From positions 45,424 through 109,423 of the forward strand of contig CAYQPF010000001.1 in assembly GCA_964419225.1 (NCBI GenBank): a DNA stretch of 64,000 bases, in the 5' to 3' direction. The translations under genes were made by a program, and so were the position numbers. How positions within the stretch are numbered: position 1 is the stretch's first letter; every line of letters starts with the position of its first letter. The notes under the pieces are model-generated. The model searched no databases. It was given only the letters and a program-made list of their open reading frames with translations, and was not told where the DNA came from. Shown here piece by piece: positions 9,316-19,093 of this stretch. This stretch comes from an uncultured Candidatus Cloacimonadota bacterium. GTDB lineage: Bacteria > Cloacimonadota > Cloacimonadia > Cloacimonadales > CAYQPF01.

Positions 9316-11031
9316 CTATCGCTCAATTGCGAATTTAACACTAAGAGATAAATCGTCTGACTTGAATACACAGGTGTAAATTCCTGTGGATAAGTATGTG
9401 GATGAGTTTGTGATGTTGGTCAGGTATAGTTTATTCTCTCCCGGAGTGGTATTTAGGATATATTTCTCCAGTACTTTTTTACCGGAAATGTTATAAATAA
9501 TTATTTTACAGTTATGCTGAATATTTTCAAAATATGTAGTTAAAATCAAATCATTTTTAACCGGATTAGGAAAGATGTAACATTCGTTTCGGGGGGGATT
9601 TAGCGAAAATTGACTTGAATCTGCAGCACTTTTGTTCCCTGTTTCATCCTCACAGAAAATCGTGAATGAGCCATTTTTCAAGACAGGGATTGAGATATTA
9701 TCGGAATAAGTAGAATATATAGTACTTCGTTTGTTATCTTCTTTGAGAACAATATTGGTTTTTAAATTATCAACATCCAGAGGGTAAATCCATTTGAGAT
9801 AGAGAGTACTGAGATTAACTTTGGAAGTTTTGAGATCAACATTTGCAGGAGCTGTAGTATCATCAGAGTTGGCAAAGTTAGCCATTCTGAGCATTCTGGT
9901 GGATGAGAAGGAAAGATTGGAGTATTTTTCCATGTTCAGGGTGATCAGTTCATTGAGGAGGGGGTAGTAGAAAGTGGCAGTACCGCAAATACCGAGTTGA
10001 TTATTATATTTTTGGGCGATGAAACAGGAATCAATACCAGCCAGAATAGCATTACAATCCGACTTTAACTGCAGATCAGATGCTGCATCTTCTAAATGTA
10101 AGAAGAAGTTCTTCAGGTCAGCGTCAACCTGTTGATCATTAAAGCAAAGTGTTTTGCTTCGTGCCAGTGCAAAAGGGGTACGGTCTGTTTGATATGCCCA
10201 TTGATTGGTGAAAGCGGTCAACTTGCTGCAGAGATCTTTGTATTTTTCAGTCTCAACTGCAGAGCAGGTGAGGGGATAATTGGTTTCACCCAGAGGGTTT
10301 TGGCTACCACCGAGCAGATATGAATTCAAATAGAGGGTGGGGATGACCTGAGCCAGGTGATCCGGGTTGGAATTGGAATTCCATTCTTGCAGGAGATCAT
10401 TGTAGGGAAAGCCATCGGTGGGAACTTCTTCTTCGGAGGAAATGAAGTAATCTGTGAAATTGGCAGCTTCGCCGATGATTTCCATTGAACCCATATTACA
10501 GGCATCCATGATCAGCAAGGACAAATGTGGTAAATAGGCTAGGGCAGACCGAAAATCCCCATTCGTGAATTCAATGAGATTTTCTGATGTGTTGTCCGGG
10601 CAGACATATTTGGAATCTGATTTCATCCAACCTGTACCATGAGACCAGATTACCAGAGCATAGTTATCAGCGGGATAAAGGGAAGTACCCCAGTCAATAA
10701 AGCTACGCAGGGAATGGTAGTCACCACTGTCGATCTGACCAAGATTACGGATAATGGGAGATGTTATTTCGGGAGAATTATCTTTTTGAATACGGTAACG
10801 TTTAGCACCGGTGGGGGAGAGTTCCTGAGGTAAATCCAGTTGTACCAGCAGATTTCCTTTGGTGAATCCGACTTCTTCCATTTCATTAATATCACTGATT
10901 GCATTAAGAGCCAGACCGTTATCTGCAGCCATATAGACAAGAATAGTCCATTCTACCGCAAAAAGGGGAGTGGAAATAAGGAGCATCACGGCAAACAAAA
11001 AAGCAATTTGTTTCAACTTCCAACCTCCCAT
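9316..11031 (-). CDS. Clostripain-like cysteine peptidase (family C11) with T9SS-type C-terminal domain
   Basis: Signal peptide. VYMAADNGL, His motif VIWSHGTGW, Cys motif LIMDACNMG. C-terminal beta-sandwich tail IFPNPVKNDL...GIYTCVF. Confidence 0.75.
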   Translation of the reverse strand: MGGWKLKQIAFLFAVMLLISTPLFAVEWTILVYMAADNGLALNAISDINEMEEVGFTKGNLLVQLDLPQELSPTGAKRYRIQKDNSPEITSPIIRNLGQIDSGDYHSLRSFIDWGTSLYPADNYALVIWSHGTGWMKSDSKYVCPDNTSENLIEFTNGDFRSALAYLPHLSLLIMDACNMGSMEIIGEAANFTDYFISSEEEVPTDGFPYNDLLQEWNSNSNPDHLAQVIPTLYLNSYLLGGSQNPLGETNYPLTCSAVETEKYKDLCSKLTAFTNQWAYQTDRTPFALARSKTLCFNDQQVDADLKNFFLHLEDAASDLQLKSDCNAILAGIDSCFIAQKYNNQLGICGTATFYYPLLNELITLNMEKYSNLSFSSTRMLRMANFANSDDTTAPANVDLKTSKVNLSTLYLKWIYPLDVDNLKTNIVLKEDNKRSTIYSTYSDNISIPVLKNGSFTIFCEDETGNKSAADSSQFSLNPPRNECYIFPNPVKNDLILTTYFENIQHNCKIIIYNISGKKVLEKYILNTTPGENKLYLTNITNSSTYLSTGIYTCVFKSDDLSLSVKFAIER

Positions 11032-11077
11032 TAATTTTGGCTAAGATATTTGCGGGAAAAAATCTGTCAAAGATAAT

Positions 11078-11198
11078 CAGTGGGCAGTATGCAGTATAGG
11101 CAGGGGGCAGTGGAGATGAGAAGTTGATAGTTGAGAGTTGAAAGTTGAGAGTTGGGGGAGTCGTGAGTGGTAAATGGTAAGTTGTGAGTGGTAATTTG
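11078..11198 (+). repeat. GTTGAGA + GTGAGTG-type heptamer arrays (G-rich, nearly C-free on the plus strand)
   Basis: cagggggcagtggagatgagaagttgatagttgagagttgaaagttgagagttgggggagtcgtgagtggtaaatggtaagttgtgagtggtaatttg. Confidence 0.9.
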
Positions 11199-11260
11199 CA
11201 AAAATTTTCCTATTGACATAAACTAAGGCTTCAGGCGATGATAATAAAAATACTAATTAA

Positions 11261-12556
<1,296 letters not shown>

Positions 12557-12573
12557 CAATTACTAAAATAATA

Positions 12574-12604
12574 GTGGTTCAAAGCTTTGCTTTGAGCCAC
12601 TTTT
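12574..12604 (+). terminator. Rho-independent terminator after eno
   Basis: Hairpin gtggttcaaag/ctttgagccac (one G-U pair) followed by tttt. Confidence 0.6.
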
Positions 12605-13739
12605 GGTTATTATGAGCAATAAAATAGTATTAAAAAAGCTTGTAGAAATACAGGAATTTATCAATAAACTTGATAAAGCCAAATTAAAATTCTACTTTCT
12701 CTTCAAGGGAATCAGGCATAGAGCTTATTTATTGGAGTCTGAGAAATATCTGGTAGTCAATGAACTACAGCAGATCAACACTCCTTTGTATTTAAAAAAG
12801 AAAGATAAAGCTATCTTTGAATTGGAGACAGTTCAGGGATTTGATTTACTGAGAATATCATTCGAAGCGAGTTATTTTGCAGATAGTGATCATCTCGGGT
12901 TCAATACATATTTATTTGAATTTCCCATGAAACTTGAATATAGTCTGGAAATTTTTACAGCATATCCGACAGCAGAAGACAGTGTATTAATATCATTTAT
13001 GTTGGATAAGATTCAGGAGTATCGCAAGGTCGGGTCAATTAATAAAAATGAAATAAAGTTTAAGGGGATTTATACACGATACAAGAATTTTCATGCTTCC
13101 TCTCTGCATGGAGCAGATTTGAAACTGCCGTTTGCCAAGATAAAAATTTCTGGTTATTTTACATGTGCAGCCAATAATGATTGTATTATCAGTGGCTATG
13201 CTTTTAAGGAAGAGGTTGAGATAGAAGTGCAAAAATATTTGGAAGATTATTATATTGCGGAGAATAAGATTATTCCATTCAGATTTCCTGAGTTAACCCT
13301 TGATTTGGATAATCTGGATAAAGGCAAAGAATTTATTCCCAATACAAAAATTCCTGTTAAGATAAAAGTTTTGATTTTAGATGACAAGGAAATCGTAACA
13401 GAGTATTTGAAATCTATCTTGAACAATAAGACGAATTTTGTTGTTTCAGTCTGTAATGATCCATTGGAATTTGTTACTTTATTAAAAAACTTTCTTCCGC
13501 ATATCTTAATAATTGATCATAATATGCCGGAAGTGTCTGGTGATTATTTTGTAAAATATTTAAAAGGGAATAATCTGCTCAACGATCAGATTACTATTTT
13601 AATGTTGGAATATGAAACTGCCTCAATGAAATCTTCTTTCGAAAAGAATTTTGACGGAGTGATCGTCAAACCAGTCGATTCTAAACAATTAATCGACCTG
13701 ATCACTGAATGCTTAAAACGGAAATATCTGGAGAAATAA
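12603..13739 (+). CDS. Response-regulator receiver (REC) domain protein with uncharacterised ~250-aa N-terminal domain
   Basis: C-terminal REC: KVLILDD...LIIDHNMPEVSG...VIVKPV (DD/D/K residues present). The N-terminal part has no motif I recognise. The likely ATG is 3 codons in (MSNK). Confidence 0.7.
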   Translation: MVIMSNKIVLKKLVEIQEFINKLDKAKLKFYFLFKGIRHRAYLLESEKYLVVNELQQINTPLYLKKKDKAIFELETVQGFDLLRISFEASYFADSDHLGFNTYLFEFPMKLEYSLEIFTAYPTAEDSVLISFMLDKIQEYRKVGSINKNEIKFKGIYTRYKNFHASSLHGADLKLPFAKIKISGYFTCAANNDCIISGYAFKEEVEIEVQKYLEDYYIAENKIIPFRFPELTLDLDNLDKGKEFIPNTKIPVKIKVLILDDKEIVTEYLKSILNNKTNFVVSVCNDPLEFVTLLKNFLPHILIIDHNMPEVSGDYFVKYLKGNNLLNDQITILMLEYETASMKSSFEKNFDGVIVKPVDSKQLIDLITECLKRKYLEK

Positions 13740-14326
13740 TGAAAAAAATCTTCTTAATGATTCTGACGGGGATACTACTCTTGGGCTGCAGTACTAAAGG
13801 GACAATAGAAATCCAAAATAACACGGCAAATAAAATATTTTTTACATTTCTGGATAATAGCTATACTCTGACCAAAGGGCAATCCAAGATTTTTGAAGTT
13901 GATACAGGGAAAGAGTATATTTTTCATGAATCATCCAAAACTTATCCGCTTCAGTTAGTGGGCGAAACCTTTTTAATGCTCGGTGGAGCCAAAGAAACAG
14001 AAGTGACTGTAAAAGGGAATCAGAAATTACACTTATACACATATCCAACCCACGCCTGCATAAAGGTTAAGAATCTTGGTCCGACACCTATCACAAGTTT
14101 AAAATATATTCAACATTTTCTGAATAAGGATGAGGAATCACCGAATCTGATAGTGCAGCCCATTGCACAGAATGAGAGCCAGTATTTCAGACTGGCTTAC
14201 AGCGAACCAACAGGCACTACATCTTTCACCTACAGTTTTGAAATTGGGAAAAGCGAGGGTCCAGCGTTGGTGGTGGATAGAGTGTTTTTGCCGTTAGACA
14301 GTCTTTATACGGTAGAGATGGAATAG
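13739..14326 (+). CDS. Lipoprotein, unknown function
   Basis: The internal ATG of the track ORF gives MKKIFLMILTGILLLGCSTKG (signal peptide plus lipobox LLGC). The start overlaps the upstream stop (TAATG). Confidence 0.65.
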   Translation: MKKIFLMILTGILLLGCSTKGTIEIQNNTANKIFFTFLDNSYTLTKGQSKIFEVDTGKEYIFHESSKTYPLQLVGETFLMLGGAKETEVTVKGNQKLHLYTYPTHACIKVKNLGPTPITSLKYIQHFLNKDEESPNLIVQPIAQNESQYFRLAYSEPTGTTSFTYSFEIGKSEGPALVVDRVFLPLDSLYTVEME

Positions 14327-14335
14327 GGGGCACAT

Positions 14336-14720
14336 TCCACGAAAGAGACGCTTTTCCGGGAGTGTTATCCACGAATTTCACTAATTACTCGAATTAAAAG
14401 AGAGAATATTATAGTCTTGAGTGCATAGTCCTGAGTCTGTGGGAAATATTCCGGGAAGAGAAGCTTTTAGAGAGTTTTTACCGCGAATTATACGAATTTA
14501 GCGAATTGGGAGAAGATATTCGAGAGTATAGCCACCGATCAACACTGATTAACACTGATCAAGAAAGAAATATTATAGTGCTGAGTGCATAGTCGTGAGT
14601 CCTGAGTCTGTGAGAAATATTCTGTGGAAGAGAGGTTTTTAGAGAGTTAACCACTAATTTACACAAATATGCACGAATTGGGAGAATCATTTAGAGATTT
14701 TTGTCCATGAATATCACAGA
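14336..14720 (+). repeat. Degenerate tandem repeat (~165-bp period, 2 clear units plus partial units) at the left edge of the defense island
   Basis: Unit 14405-14526 is aatattatagtcttgagtgcatagtcctgagtctgtgggaaatattccgggaagagaagcttttagagag...cgaattgggagaag. It recurs at 14569-14697 as aatattatagtgctgagtgcatagtcgtgagtcctgagtctgtgagaaatattctgtggaagagaggtttttagagag...cgaattgggagaat. Confidence 0.8.
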
Positions 14721-15026
14721 TTACTCGATTTTGGAGAGAGATAGATCTAATAGTCATGCACTATGAGAATTTTTGAAACCCGCAGGCAAGTATTAAGGAA
14801 AGAGTAGGCAGGGTGAGGGAAAATGATATCGACAATTCGGAATTGACGGACGATTCAGGAAGGAGATAATACAGGGCAAACAATACAATTAACTTGACAA
14901 CCTGAAAACGCTTACAAATAAATAATATCGAAAAATTCATGAATTAAAAGTTTAATAAATAAGGAAGTGTTAAAAGATATGGGAAGATTAACCGGCCCTG
15001 GAGCATATCAATATCAGAGCACTTCT

Positions 15027-15058
15027 TTATCATAGAAAGATAAGAATATCTATGATAA
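15027..15058. promoter_or_regulatory. 9-bp inverted repeat (possible operator) upstream of the Bro-N gene
   Basis: ttatcatag - 14 nt - ctatgataa, about 35 nt upstream of the AGGAGG/ATG at 15092. Confidence 0.25.
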
Positions 15059-15091
15059 TCAGAAATTCAGGTGGGAAGAAGGAGGTTACAG

Positions 15092-15432
15092 ATGAGTAAA
15101 GAAACATCAGTAAAAGTCTTTGAGTCAAAGCAAATCCGGTCTCTATGGGATGAGGAAGAGGAAAAATGGTATTTTTCTATTGTAGATGTAGTGGGTGTAT
15201 TAACAGATAGTCCTAATCCAAACAACTATTGGAAAGTGTTAAAACACAGATTGGTAAAAGAGCGGGGAGTGAGATGGTTACAAAATGTAACCAACTGAAA
15301 ATGCCTTCTTCGGATGGAAAATACTACAAAACAGATGTAGCAGATACAGAGCAAATTTTTCGGTTGATTCAATCAGTTCCTTCACCGAAGGCAGAGCCAT
15401 TTAAGTTGTGGCTGGAAAGAGTAGCAAATTGA
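15092..15432 (+). pseudogene. Bro-N domain protein, frameshifted and apparently C-terminally short
   Basis: Two overlapping ORFs (15071-15298, 15229-15432) together read as one Bro-N sequence: VFESKQIRSLWDEEEEKWYFSIVDVVGVLT...YWKVLKHRLVKE / GSEMVTKCNQLKMPSSDGKYYKTDVADTEQIFRLIQSVPSPKAEPFKLWL. The frames join near 15262 (an extra c before gggg). Confidence 0.7.
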
Positions 15433-15767
15433 GGAAAAACTAATTCCGCACTTACCCTAAATTTGGTAAATTAGTTATAGATATCCTAACGATTGTATAT
15501 TTTATATTAGTGTCAGAAATCAAATAGGGGTCTAGATGGAAGCTAGTAAGAAGCTAAAGAGAAGCATATAGGCAACAATGAGTGTTTTTTTGAAAATAAA
15601 CAGGGAAAATGAACAAGTTTTGATATACTTTAGATAAACACGATAATGTTTTCATGTTAGTGTAATAAATTTGTATTGTTTTATATTGATATTTTTTCAT
15701 TTGACAAATATTGGAGAGTATTGTTATTTATACTAAGTATATAAAATTATTAAGAAAGGAATAAATA

Positions 15768-17780
15768 ATGCAAAATTTTAGTAAGCAAGTAAGCGATATC
15801 TGGGCAGTAGCTAATTTATTAAGGGGACCTTATCATCCCAATCAATACAAAGATATAATGTTACCGATGACAGTATTACGAAGGTTGGATTGTGTGTTAG
15901 AGCCGACGAAAGAAGATGTTTTAAAGACAGTGGAAAAGTATCGGGATACTGAGTTAAAGAATGTGGAACCAATTCTGAACAAAATTACAAAAGTACCATT
16001 TCATAATACCAGTCGGTTTACATTTGAGAGGTTGAAAGAAGACCCTGACAATCTGGCACAAAATCTGGTTCAATATATAAAGTCATTTTCATCCCGAGCA
16101 CAAAAAGTATTGGAATATTTCAATTTTGAGAAGCATATAGCCAAACTTGAGGAGAATAATATTCTGTTTCTCTTGATTTCGAAATACTGCGAAATGGACT
16201 TACATCCTGAGACAGTATCAAACCTGGGGATGGGATATATTTTTGAAGAATTGATCCGCAAGTTTTATGATGCCAGTAACGAAGAGGCTGGAGATCACTT
16301 TACTCCCCGTGAAGTAATTAGGCTGATGGTTGATATCATATTTTTGCCGGATAATAATGTACTTAGCACCAAGGGAATTATCAAAACCTTATTTGATCCT
16401 GCCTGCGGGACAGGTGGAATGCTTTCGGTGGCAGAAGATTATTTGCAGGAGTTAAATCCAGATGCACATTTGGAAGTATATGGTCAGGATTATAATGAGC
16501 AGTCTTACGCAATTTGCGGGTCTGACATGATGATAAAAGACCAGAATCTGGATAATATCCGCTATGGGAACAGCTTTACAAATGATCAGTTTGCAGGTAT
16601 GCATTTTGATTATATGCTGGCAAATCCACCGTTTGGAGTGGAATGGAAGAAAGAAAAAGACATAATTGAAAAAGAGCATGAAAAACAAGGGTTTGGCGGT
16701 CGTTTCGGTGCAGGATTACCCAGGATAAATGATGGACAGTTATTGTTCATTATGCACATGATGCACAAAATGAAAGAGACAAAGGAAGGTGGGACAAGGT
16801 TGTCGATAGTGTTTAACGGTTCTCCGCTGTTTACGGGTGGAGCAGGATCAGGAGAGAGTGAAATCCGACGCTGGATAATCGAAAATGATATGTTGGAAGC
16901 GATTATTGCTTTGCCTGATCAACTGTTTTACAATACCGGTATATCTACGTATTTATGGATAGTGACAAACAGAAAAGACCCAAAACGCAAAGGAAAAGTA
17001 CAATTGGTCAATGCGGTGGGATTCTATAAGAAAATGCGAAAGAGTCTGGGGAATAAGCGGAATGAGATTAGTGAAGATCAGAGAGCAGAAATAGTACGGT
17101 TGTATGGTGAGTTTAGCGAGAGTGAGTTTGTCCGCATATATAAGAACACAGATTTTGCGTATAAGAGGATTACGGTGGAGAGACCGTTGAAGCTTAATTT
17201 TGTAGTGGATGCTGAACATATCCGGAAAGTAAGAGATTGCAGTGCGTTTTCAGGATTGGCAGAAAGCAAAAAGCGTAAGGACAAGGAAGTTGTTTTACAG
17301 GAAATAGAAGAAGGACGGAAACTTCAAGATAAGATAATAGAAGCACTGGAGAAATTAAGCAGTTTGGGAGTGGTACAGAATCGGGATAAGTTTACCCATG
17401 AGTTGAAGGCAGTTTTGAAGAAAGTCGGGTTAGTATTGCCGGCACCTTTGCTGAAAGGAATTTTGAGTGCAATAGCAGAAAGAGATGAAACGGCTGATGT
17501 ATGCAAGGATGCCAAAGGCAAACCTGAAGCTGATCCTGAGTTACGTGATTATGAGAATGTGCCTTATGAAGATGAGATTGATGCATATATGAAGCGGGAA
17601 GTTTTGCCACATGTGCCTGATGCCTGGGTGGATCATGAAAAGACCAAGGTCGGGTATGAGGTCAATTTCAACAGATATTTCTATAAATATGTTCCACCTC
17701 GCCCTTTGAAGGAAATAGATGCAGAACTCAAAGCTATAGAAGCTGAGATAGCAGAGATGCTGGTTGGGGACTCGGAATGA
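15768..17780 (+). CDS. hsdM: Type I restriction-modification system, DNA methyltransferase subunit M
   Basis: HsdM N-terminal domain (IWAVANLLRG). SAM motif FDPACGTGGML. Catalytic LANPPFGVEW. Confidence 0.95.
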   Translation: MQNFSKQVSDIWAVANLLRGPYHPNQYKDIMLPMTVLRRLDCVLEPTKEDVLKTVEKYRDTELKNVEPILNKITKVPFHNTSRFTFERLKEDPDNLAQNLVQYIKSFSSRAQKVLEYFNFEKHIAKLEENNILFLLISKYCEMDLHPETVSNLGMGYIFEELIRKFYDASNEEAGDHFTPREVIRLMVDIIFLPDNNVLSTKGIIKTLFDPACGTGGMLSVAEDYLQELNPDAHLEVYGQDYNEQSYAICGSDMMIKDQNLDNIRYGNSFTNDQFAGMHFDYMLANPPFGVEWKKEKDIIEKEHEKQGFGGRFGAGLPRINDGQLLFIMHMMHKMKETKEGGTRLSIVFNGSPLFTGGAGSGESEIRRWIIENDMLEAIIALPDQLFYNTGISTYLWIVTNRKDPKRKGKVQLVNAVGFYKKMRKSLGNKRNEISEDQRAEIVRLYGEFSESEFVRIYKNTDFAYKRITVERPLKLNFVVDAEHIRKVRDCSAFSGLAESKKRKDKEVVLQEIEEGRKLQDKIIEALEKLSSLGVVQNRDKFTHELKAVLKKVGLVLPAPLLKGILSAIAERDETADVCKDAKGKPEADPELRDYENVPYEDEIDAYMKREVLPHVPDAWVDHEKTKVGYEVNFNRYFYKYVPPRPLKEIDAELKAIEAEIAEMLVGDSE

Positions 17781-19093
17781 ACTTAAAACCATATCCAAAA
17801 TATAAACCAAGCGGGATTGAATGGCTGGGTGAGATACCGGAAGATTGGGAAATGACCAGATTGAGATTTATAACGAAAGTTAATCCAACAAAAGGAGAAT
17901 TGAATGGATTAAACAAAGATGATTTGGTTAGCTTTTTGCCTATGGAAGAAATAAGCAGTGATGGAACTCACAGTGCAAAACTGGAAAAAAGATTGGGTGA
18001 AGTTGAATCTTCTTATACCTATTTTAGAGAAAATGATGTACTCTTTGCTAAAATAACGCCTTGTTTCGAGAATAATAAAGGAGCAATTGCCAAGAATCTG
18101 ACCAATGGAATAGGTTTTGGAACCACGGAGCTTCATGTTTTACGATCATTATCAAAATGTTTTAATGAATTCCTCTATTATATAACCATAAGCGATCCGT
18201 TTAGAAAATGGGGTTATTCGTATATGTATGGGGCTGGTGGACAGAAAAGAGTACCTGAAGAATTCATTAAAGACTATTACCTACCTTTTCCAACAATAGG
18301 AATTCAACGTAAAATATCAGCCTTTTTAGATAGTGAAACCTCTCTCATAGATACACTTATTGCCAAGAAGCAAAGACAGATTGAATTATTAAAAGAAAAG
18401 CGAATTGCTTTGATAACAAATGCAGTGACAAAAGGACTTGATCCCAATGTGAAAATGAAACCAAGCGGGATTGAATGGTTGGGAGAGATACCGGAAGAAT
18501 GGAAAGCATCTGTGGTAAAAAGAGGATATTCAGTACAATTAGGTAAAATGCTGCAGAACAATAAGACCAATGATTCGGATGTTTTAGTTAATTACTTACG
18601 AGCAGTTCACATACAAAATGAAGGTATTAATACAAACGATCTGCCAGAAATGTGGGCATCAAAAGAGGAACTAACACAGTATGGGGTTAGAATTGGTGAC
18701 TTACTAATTTGCGAAGGTGGGGAAGCAGGCAGAAGTGCATTTTTATATGAACTTGAAAATGACTGTATTATTCAGAATGCACTGCATCGGGTTCGCTCAA
18801 AGACTAACGAATTAAGGTATCTACACTATTTCTTACAAATAGTAAAAAATAGTGGTTGGATGGAAGTCTTATGTAATAAAGCTACGATAATGCATTTTAC
18901 CAGAGAAAAATTAGTAGATCTTGAAATAGTGCTTCCAAACAGAAAGGTACAAAAAGATATAACAGATTACCTCGATAAGGAAACTACTAAAATTGATAAA
19001 ATGATGGGTAAAATTAATCATTCAATTTCATTGTTACAAGAATTTAGATCATCCTTGATAACAGATGTGGTTGCAGGGAAAATACAATGTTAA
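17777..19093 (+). CDS. hsdS: Type I restriction-modification system, specificity subunit S (two target-recognition domains)
   Basis: ATGA overlap with hsdM. Duplicated architecture, each half opening with KPSGIEWLGEIPE(D/E)W. Conserved helical spacers (LIAKKQRQIELLKEKR; LLQEFRSSLITDVV). Confidence 0.92.
   Translation: MNLKPYPKYKPSGIEWLGEIPEDWEMTRLRFITKVNPTKGELNGLNKDDLVSFLPMEEISSDGTHSAKLEKRLGEVESSYTYFRENDVLFAKITPCFENNKGAIAKNLTNGIGFGTTELHVLRSLSKCFNEFLYYITISDPFRKWGYSYMYGAGGQKRVPEEFIKDYYLPFPTIGIQRKISAFLDSETSLIDTLIAKKQRQIELLKEKRIALITNAVTKGLDPNVKMKPSGIEWLGEIPEEWKASVVKRGYSVQLGKMLQNNKTNDSDVLVNYLRAVHIQNEGINTNDLPEMWASKEELTQYGVRIGDLLICEGGEAGRSAFLYELENDCIIQNALHRVRSKTNELRYLHYFLQIVKNSGWMEVLCNKATIMHFTREKLVDLEIVLPNRKVQKDITDYLDKETTKIDKMMGKINHSISLLQEFRSSLITDVVAGKIQC
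17804..17851 (+). repeat. hsdS internal direct repeat, copy 1 (48 bp)
   Basis: aaaccaagcgggattgaatggctgggtgagataccggaagattgggaa. It is near-identical to 18458-18505. Confidence 0.85.
18458..18505 (+). repeat. hsdS internal direct repeat, copy 2 (48 bp)
   Basis: aaaccaagcgggattgaatggttgggagagataccggaagaatggaaa. Confidence 0.85.

Noticed and set aside
14336-14720. Possible CRISPR array in the tandem or periodic repeat regions (also 26461-26700 and 11078-11198)
   Set aside because: The units are 7-10 nt degenerate words or ~165-bp units without unique spacers of constant length, there is no palindromic 25-40-nt repeat, and no cas genes are in the window.
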